A stretch of DNA of 63,959 bases, the filler included, from Neolecta irregularis DAH-3 (Eukaryota): NCBI GenBank assembly GCA_001929475.1. It is 8 parts of 8 records of this genome, joined end to end, with 100 filler letters (N's around TTAATTAATTAA, not from the genome) between each part and the next. Parts side by side here need not be neighbours in the genome. Positions count along the whole stretch, not along the records: positions 55,180 to 57,133 come from LXFE01000698.1; positions 57,234 to 59,045 come from LXFE01000701.1; positions 59,146 to 63,959 come from LXFE01000703.1; 5 more parts are not named here. One strand, given 5' to 3'. Shown one piece after another: positions 56,330-63,959 of this stretch. The notes beneath the pieces are model-generated. The model ran no database searches. It was not told where the DNA came from and was given only the letters and a program-made list of their open reading frames with translations. The position numbers and the translations under genes were made by a program. Position 1 is the stretch's first letter; every line of letters starts with the position of its first letter.

Positions 56330-57133
56330 ATGTTTCCAAGGCTCTTCTGGTTGATTGCGCTTTATGCGCTTCATATTCTCGCTGAATCAGATCTCGTTCA
56401 TTTCATTGGTGTAACAGATCGTTATCCTAAAGAAAAATTTCAATTTAGTGGGAAAATGAGCTCTTACAGTATTCTTCCGATAGAGAGCAGCTACGAAGAA
56501 GCAATAGACCAGTGTGCAAAGGAATGCATCCTTGCAGAGTATTTGTGCAATTCATTCATCCTAACAGACAACAACGTTGGTACATTCTGTCTGAAATTTG
56601 TAGCCACCGCATCAGATTTGAGCTGGCAAGAACATCTAGGTGAACATATGAACATAATCGCAATATATGAGTAAGTATTATGACGGAATGGAAAGTTCTG
56701 ACATTGTAGTATCCGTGTGCCGCGAAAATTTGACATGCTACCAGTATTATCTAACGATATTGGAAAGAAATCAGAGGAGCAGTGGACCAATCATTTATTA
56801 AGAGGATACGACCTGAATCCAGAAACTGACCTTGCAAAGAGCTTTTACGTGCCTTTTCTACTCGGTTGCAGGAAATCTGCGATGTTTGGCCAACCATCAA
56901 AAGGAGTCGATTTTGACAGTTTGCTTGCCGAAGGGCTTATTTTGAAGAATCATATTCATGATCCGGAAGAACGACTACGCAAATACAGTCGCATATCTCG
57001 GGAATCAAACTTTGCAAGTCGGGTCTTTAGCTTCAAAGAAGATAAAAAGGGTTTGCAGATATTGCCTGATCCTTCTTCGGAGATTTTTCAGTCTTTTGTG
57101 TTGGATTTTCTCGATATATTGAGCCGGACTATT
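56330..57133 (+). CDS. Secreted protein with PAN/apple-like domain, intron 56672-56709, truncated by gap
   Basis: Signal peptide; QCAKEC...CNSF...C pattern. Confidence 0.55.
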
Positions 57134-57233
57134 NNNNNNNNNNNNNNNNNNNNNNNNNNNNNNNNNNNNNNNNNNNNTTAATTAATTAANNNNNNNNNNN
57201 NNNNNNNNNNNNNNNNNNNNNNNNNNNNNNNNN

Positions 57234-57572
57234 TTCTTTACCTTGTTCACTGAGAATTACGTTGAAGAAAGTGATATTGGCATTACACAAGTGCAATTCC
57301 GAAATATCAAACAAGGGAATCGAACAGTTTTACAGTTCGCTGATGACTTTCGAAGCCTGTGGAGAAAAATCGGACGAAATCATTGTTCTGAGGTATTTGC
57401 CATCGAGAAATTTGCAGTTGGGTTACGTCCAGCAATTTATACCCAATGCATTCCAGAAATGGTTCGCTTGAATATTATAAGGTGTCTTAATTGTTGGCTA
57501 ACTAAGGCCGGACGGGGATATCTCACTTTTTTTCATATGTCCAATTTGGATTGTAAAGAGATTAACTATTAA
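57234..57572 (+). CDS. 3' part of a retrotransposon-gag-like gene with a putative intron at 57462-57506
   Basis: FRNIKQGNRTVLQFADDFRSL...EKFAVGLRPAI gag motif. Confidence 0.6.
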   Translation, partial: FFTLFTENYVEESDIGITQVQFRNIKQGNRTVLQFADDFRSLWRKIGRNHCSEVFAIEKFAVGLRPAIYTQCIPEMVRLNIIRCLNCWLTKAGRGYLTFFHMSNLDCKEINY

Positions 57573-57621
57573 TGCTGATGTGTCTATCCCACATAATGTC
57601 TTCAAGCAATGCATTGAGAGG

Positions 57622-57871
57622 TAGGGTGGCAGAATTTTCCAGTTCGGCAGACTAGCGCAATTTTTCTTTGGTATGAAACAGTTTGAAACAAGACTCCATA
57701 CTATACATTTTATCGCTATCTTCCTTTTATCAAACCTGCCAAACTACCAAACTGCCAAACTGCCATACAACCTAACAGTCTGGCAGAGCACTCTCCAGGT
57801 GGGTAGTTTGGATCTCTTCGTGAAGGCGGACGGCATAAAAATCCATCCGCCGGCGGGCTAGTAGACACACT
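57622..57871. mobile_element. Degenerate MITE-like element
   Basis: Imperfect termini TAGGGTG and CACACTA; internal AAACTGCC tandem motifs; no TSD seen. Confidence 0.35.
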
Positions 57872-58033
57872 ACCTTGAAGCCGATTCTTGATTGACAATT
57901 TCGATAGCCAGGAATTTTTCTTTCACGCACATCACCATAATTTAATAAGTATATGACAAATATCAACGGGATGCATAACTATATCTTGATTGAAGGAGTT
58001 TGTTTTCCATCTCTAGCTTTCTCAATGCTGCCT

Positions 58034-59045
58034 TCATGCAGAATCTCCTTTCAAGGAACGAAATTTAACGAACAGCGGCGGTGTTAACGTGGTCCACTGA
58101 TCTCGAATTTCGTAATGAAATGTGGGATCCTCCAGTTCAGGTCTGAATTGCAAGACGAAATGTGCGAGGAACAAACGGATTTGCGTGTACGCCATACTAA
58201 TAATTAAGACTTCCCCGAATTAGATGATTCCTTACTTGCGTCCCAAGCATCCTCTTGGGCCAAGAGAAAAAGGTTGACTGATATGTCAGTGGATGGAGTT
58301 TTCAAAAATCTTACAAAGCTAGCTTTCCAAGAGTTTGATCGCGTTCGAATGCTGGGTCGATCCATCGTTCTGGGATGAAGCTGTCCGGTCGCGTAAAATA
58401 TCTCGGGTCTCTGTAAATTGCATATGAGGCCACCGAAATAACGCAATTTGGCGGTATCTTCTGTCCAGCGACAACGTTTTCTTCAGAGGATACTCTGGGC
58501 AGAGGACCAACAGCTGCAGGGTATAATCTCATTGATTCCTCAATCACGGCATTCAAATACGGTAGACTTGTCAATTTGTGATCTTCGATTTCGGAAGCTG
58601 GATCAGGGAATCGTTCATTTACCTCTTCCTTAAGCTTTTCAAGTACACTAGAATGAGTTGCGAGTAAATAAATCGATCCGGTCAGCGCAGCTTCAAGTCA
58701 TTAGCTGGATGTAGTAACCAATTTGGAACGTAATACCTGAAGTGGTATCACTTCCAGCAATTCTGGATATGATCAGTTTGGCAGGCAATATAGAAGTCAC
58801 AAACATTAAAAGTACACAGGTCGAATGTAATCGGTCACGAAAGTCTTGAGGTGCTGATTTGAGCCTTTCAGGATCTGTGAGGTAGTAGAAGAAATCCTTC
58901 CTATCGCTTGGGTTTTCCATGCGTTCTTTTATCTTACTCACTGATTGCTAAATGTCAAGAAATTGTTTGTAAATATGACAATACCTGCCCTAGTTGCATT
59001 CGTGCTTTCTTCAGCTGATCCGGCGACAAGCGGAGAAGTGATAAA
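58034..59045 (-). CDS. Cytochrome P450, C-terminal half (5' end lost in gap), 5 introns
   Basis: AGSDTT I-helix, EESMR (ExxR), PERW, FSLGPRGCLG heme motif. Confidence 0.93.
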
Positions 59046-59145
59046 NNNNNNNNNNNNNNNNNNNNNNNNNNNNNNNNNNNNNNNNNNNNTTAATTAATTA
59101 ANNNNNNNNNNNNNNNNNNNNNNNNNNNNNNNNNNNNNNNNNNNN

Positions 59146-59191
59146 CGGCTAGGTAATGAACGCCTATCTACTTTATATAATACAAATTAAA
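59146..59191 (-). mobile_element. Third fragment of the LTR-like family
   Basis: Reverse complement of 20031-20075. Confidence 0.65.
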
Positions 59192-59309
59192 TTGCCGCAA
59201 TATTATTGCAAACCTTCCTTCCGTAATGGTAAGCTCTACCCAAGGGTATATGCTTACACTGTCCATTAGCGAAGAGGTCTCCTGTTGTGATGTAAGGTTT
59301 TTAGCGGGT

Positions 59310-60402
59310 TTAATTTGGAACCTTGAAGTGGGTTCGAGCTTTAGTGTAGCTTGCGATGTAGAAAAAGATGAACAGGACGAGGTAGCTTGAGACGATAGAG
59401 GTGCCAATGATTGATGCGTAGTCATTTATTGCGCAAATTCCGGCGTGTGGGAGCCAAGGCCATCTGGTGAAGGCAAAGTGTCTACGAGTGAATGAGGATT
59501 AAACAAATTAATACGTATAGGTCACAAAGTAGCCGACAGCTAAGGTAAGAAATGAAGGCAAGCGGGCGTGTACCAGCACCTATGACGAACTGGATGATTT
59601 GGGCTCTGGTGACCCATTTTTTCCACCAGACGGAAATTCCTCTCGAGGACAAAAAGTAGTACCAATACTTTGGGTTAGAGGGTTGGAGAGCGGAGTACCA
59701 TTAAGACATGGACGGCGAGATTAAGGACGATTACGACCCAAGACTTGGGATCAGAAGTGTTAGTAGGGAGACGTACAGCACTAGTACGTCCACGAAGCTG
59801 ATTATAGCAGAGGAAGATAACAGTGCCATGATGGTAGGGATGTAGAAAGGCTAGGATTAGCGGAGGAGGGACAATTTGGCATACTGAGTTTTTTCTTTTT
59901 CAAGACCAAAAAGACGGTATCTAACAATTCGACCTGGGGAGAATGAGAAGGAGAGGAGAGGGGACAAGTACGTATTTAATGAGATAGTTCATCTGGAAGT
60001 TAGTATAGCGGAATTTAGGATGAATACGTAGTAAAGGACGAGGAGTTCCTGTGTCCATGCCTCGTCACTGCATATAGCATACAAGAGTCCGTGCGAGTAG
60101 AAGATGGGGATAAGCTGTTCGAGAAAAAGAAGGAGCAAAAGAGCCGAGATGACAGTTAGAAAGAGATTAGTGAGCTGAAAAAGGCGATTGAGCGGCATTG
60201 GAATCAGATTGCGCATAAGAGCCTGCCCCCCGAAAATGAGGGCATAGTAAGAGACGATGGCTACTGCTACCTCAGAATTAGTGGCCAAGAAAGTCTTCCC
60301 GGGAATAAAAGCAAAAGATGCTGTATTATGGGAAGAAATTCGAGAGTAGAGGGAATCAAAGATGGGCCAGAGAAAAGAGTCAGCACTGCTGGAAGGGAGC
60401 AT
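59310..60402 (-). CDS. ELO: Fatty acid elongase (GNS1/SUR4 family), 7 introns
   Basis: [42 protein letters not shown]. Confidence 0.93.
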
Positions 60403-61344
60403 AGGGAATATTTCGGATGCCGGTTGGTTGTTTACTATGCTTTTATCCTGCACTTCCTCGCTCTTTTATAGATATAGGGTGTGTTCGGGCCACCGGAAAA
60501 AGACATCTTGATATTCCAAAACAGGGAATAATTACCTGATTCGGAAAGTGATCACGCCGGAAAGAGTAATGGGTGATGGTGCGCTAGCCACCGTTTTAAC
60601 CCAAATGCAGTTTGTTAGCACACAGGTTCCAATCAGGGTTTACAGTGAATTTTGGGTACTTTGATTAAGGGTAGGGTATTAGTGAGAGTGGGGTTGAAGC
60701 TTTGTTGTGCGAGGCAGTGTCTTATAGTGAGGAATCAGGTTATTAAAGAAAGAACTTGATTCGCTATTCAGACAGTATCCTCGTCTATCTAAAAGGAAAC
60801 CTTCGCAGCCCTTTTATCCTATCCGCAGAACACACGCTTTGCCAAGTGGCTCGGAAAAACAAAGATAAGAAAGTAAGTAAGTAAGTAAAAATAAAAGATA
60901 GGAGCTTCTCTAAACTAGACCCAGTGAGACAACCGGCCGCATTTCCCCAATACGAGAGACCGATGGCGAGCCAGACCGATCCAATGACCTAGTTCTTCAA
61001 AGTTTAAAACGTAGAACGCGTAGTTGTTTTTGGCTGACCGCGTGCTGAAGACGTCTAAAAATGCCGCGCAGGATAGTTGATATAAATAATTGGACGATAT
61101 TAAATGGATAATGATTGGCGTTTTGAAAGAGTGAGAGGAGATAATAATTGAGGGTAGATAAGAATGATGGTAGATGGCAGTGGTGAGGGCGGAATTGAGG
61201 TTTGTCGCTGTAACGGGAAAGTGAGGAAACCGAGTATTTCCATGTTACTTGCGACAAGTTGAGTCGAACGGCGAACCCAGTGTGGTCTACCACCCGACCG
61301 ACCCCATCCACGTCGCTCCTTATAACGAACTGAACACGCTGCCA

Positions 61345-61518
61345 AGCCTGGCCCATGGGCATTTCTGAGGGTCCAGATTTTATGAGAAGAAGCAAGATTC
61401 AAGTAAACTGTGAAATCAATTGAAGCCTTGGCCCTGTGGGGGTTCTGGGAATCCCCATGGCCAGGCTTTTTCCCTAGTCCAGTCCATGGATAAAGTCCAT
61501 GGTCCATCCGCAACACTG
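61345..61518 (-). mobile_element. Putative hAT-like end with CCATGG subterminal repeats
   Basis: Plus strand ends CAACACTG as at 334-341; several CCATGG motifs. Confidence 0.4.
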
Positions 61519-62469
61519 ATCGTGCTCACCAATCAACAATCTATTAATCCTATAAACCGCCTGCAACATCTAGTTACACCCTCTATGCAACAAACAAATT
61601 CTCCTAATAACGAACTCAAACCCTGGCACGTCACATTCCGCTTCGACTATACTCGTATGCGCGCGCCTCAAATGCCCCATAAGCTCTCTCCTCTTCCGGA
61701 TTAGGACTGTCGTCCGCATCCAGGGCTGCTTCTCCGGATTTCGAGATTGCCATCTGCCCTCTGCCTCCTACAGGCCAGATCCAGCCTGTTGTAGGAATCA
61801 ATTAAAGGAGATGCATACCCAGTGTCATCTGCAAAATCAACGGAAGACCCATCTTTTAAGGTACCCTCTTGGTTGTACACGGCCTCGCCCATATACCGCT
61901 TCCCAAAGGTTGCCGCATCGCATAGCTGACATCACCAAGAACATGGGAGTATCCAGCTCTCTCAGTCGCTGCAACACGGAGGAACGAGGTACCTACTAGT
62001 CAACGCAGATGCAATCATCCGACTCACATCTGCTTAGGGCCGACCAAGGACAAGAACCATATGGGGTAGGCTAGATATAGATGGAGTTGCTAAGCTATCA
62101 GATTCAAAAACGATATATCTGTGGGTATGTCTTCATGTGTATCTGAAAGAAAACTATTGAATGTGGACATGGTGTGTGTTTGTGTTGGGAGTGGTTTGTT
62201 GTTTACTCGGAATTGGGGACGAATAATTACCATTTTCTCAACGTCACTGCCGCACCTCCTGATTCCTAACCTGCTCCTGGCTCCACAATTTTTTCACTGG
62301 CTGCTCGTCCTTGTCTTCTTCGACGCTGAATTTTCCGCCAAACCAGAACATGCCCTCAACGAAAATCGTATCCAAAGGTTTCTTTCATTCAACCGATTTC
62401 TAGCTAATTAAAGTCCTTTTGGCTCAGAAATCATCTGCTAATGATTCTGAGAGAAATGAAGTTTATCTA

Positions 62470-63805
62470 CTCAACGCTACCTAACTGAACATCTGGACCC
62501 GAATTTGGAAGATATTGTCGGCTTTCCCACGAAGAAATGGGTATGGCCTCAGGATGGCTGAATGCGGTTGATGAAACGAAACGTGATGCTCATCTTGCAA
62601 AAGCTGTGTCTTGGGATATTAAGAATCGATTACCTCCAAGCATTACAACAATTGAATGGGACGAAACCACATTCGTCTCTGTCTATAGTCGCGATAATCC
62701 CAATCTTCTTCTCGATATGGGTGGTTTTGAGGTCCGAATATTACACAAAGTCCGAGCACAAACAGAAGAATTCAATCAGAAACATGGAATTTGGAGTCTC
62801 ACGAATGAAGAAACGAAGAAACTAACTGCCTTTGCTTTTCTCGGGTAAGCAAAGAAGACGAGAGAAATTTAACCTTCGCGTTCGATAAATCTAGATGTCT
62901 CTGGTTCAACGACATTCACGAAGATCGTCCACAAATGGAACATTGCACTAATCTGTTTATTGACTTATTATCGAGAGTCCGTTATTACAACTCCCGAATT
63001 GCTTGATTGTTCAATGTGAAACGAAGGTTCAAACATGAGTCAAGATTGGTTTGAATTCCAAGGTATCTCTTACTCAGATACTGCCAGATTCTCACCCTTG
63101 TAGATGCCAAGTCGTTTCCCACCATCCGTATTCTATTGTTCTAAAGAACTGGTATGATATGAATGGGTCATGTCCTTTTTCCTCAATCAAATCTGTGATA
63201 TTCGAAACAGACTGATGCTGGGATCACCCATTTCACAGCAAGTATGTCACACGATGAAGACCAACAGATTCCGAATTTATACCGATATATCCAGCCATGG
63301 GGAGCTAGCTGAATTCATCGATTACTAGAGAGTATGAGGCCGAATACGCTATGAAACGACAAGAGGCAGCACAACAGAACCACCCACTAACTCTCGAAGA
63401 TCTCGAGGATTCCTGGGATTGGGGAATTCCTCGTATTAACACACTCTTCCAAAAAGATCGGCATACTCTTATCATGGACAAAGGATGGCGAGCGCAGACT
63501 CAGTTCAAAAAATATTACTCAAGAACAATCATGGAATGTCTCGAAGCCTTCGCTCTTGAATGATTCCCGCGATCACATTGATGGAACTACGGCTAATAAG
63601 TTTTGGATCGATGTCCAGCTTCGATGGGGTGACTATGATTCTCATGACATCGAACTATGCACTCGCACCAAGTTCTTAGACTATACGACCAACAACATGA
63701 GTATTTATCCTTCGCCCACTGGTATCATGATTGGAATCTACCTGGCCTACAATTTGTATAGTGATTATGGCCATTGGTTCCCTGGAATGAAGATTTTAAT
63801 GCCGC
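62470..63805 (+). pseudogene. PRP8: PRP8 pseudogene fragment (RT/linker/endonuclease region) with stops, frameshifts and an internal deletion
   Basis: [69 protein letters not shown]; intron 63063-63103 retained. Confidence 0.92.
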
Positions 63806-63809
63806 AAGA

Positions 63810-63959
63810 GTCCCCGCACGCTCTCCTGTCGCGCCCATCTGTTTCGCCCGCCTCTCCCACCTGTTCTGCCCACCTCTCCCATCCTGCCGGTCTTGCCCGC
63901 CTCTCTTGTACTGCCCGTCCACTCTCCCGTCCCGCCCGCCTGTCTCGCTCTCCGACCCG
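63810..63959. repeat. C-rich degenerate tandem repeat
   Basis: Recurring GCCCGCCTCTC-like units. Confidence 0.7.

Noticed and set aside
57825-57863. Helitron 3' end (hairpin followed by CTAGT)
   Set aside because: The spacing is atypical, there is no 5' end or RepHel gene, and a hAT-like terminus explains it better.
58034-60402. P450 plus elongase as a lipid gene cluster
   Set aside because: They are separated by an artificial gap, so adjacency is unproven.
61273-61292. RNase P CR-V-like AACCCAGTGTGGTCTAC
   Set aside because: No matching CR-I/P4 partner found upstream.
63480-63540. PRP8 intein
   Set aside because: No intein or homing-endonuclease sequence is visible, and the usual FWEKA insertion region is deleted.

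Overview
Gene-dense, intron-rich fungal DNA. The genes look ascomycete. A HomolD box, an Ssr4 gene and the S. pombe-like MSHCKFE start of Rpl3 point to Taphrinomycotina, possibly Neolecta-like (inference). The window is several contigs joined by artificial N-TTAATTAATTAA-N spacers, so adjacency across gaps is unreliable. It contains about 25 spliced genes: ACS, an ADAM protease, a carboxylesterase, Ssn6/Cyc8, Rpl3, prefoldin 4, Tsc10, two F-box-like proteins, Cpd1, a Zn2Cys6 factor, a Zip2/SHOC1-like protein, Ssr4, WDR5, phospholipase B, a telobox Myb protein, Atg2, Phb2, Pmr1, a P450, an elongase and small secreted proteins. It also holds decayed Ty3/Gypsy elements, LTR and hAT-like ends, and a PRP8 pseudogene. 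The main signal is splicing. Of roughly 95 introns reconstructed by hand from conserved proteins, almost all are 31-47 nt with very degenerate donors, and about 7 have no usable GT donor: 5 are GC-AG, mostly without compensating consensus, and 2 are GA-AG. This suggests a spliceosome with relaxed 5' splice-site recognition, perhaps guided by intron length. Other leads are telomere repeats in the promoter of a telobox-protein gene, CpG-specific hypermutation of transposons, and an intron-bearing gag-like gene. All introns are inferred without RNA data.
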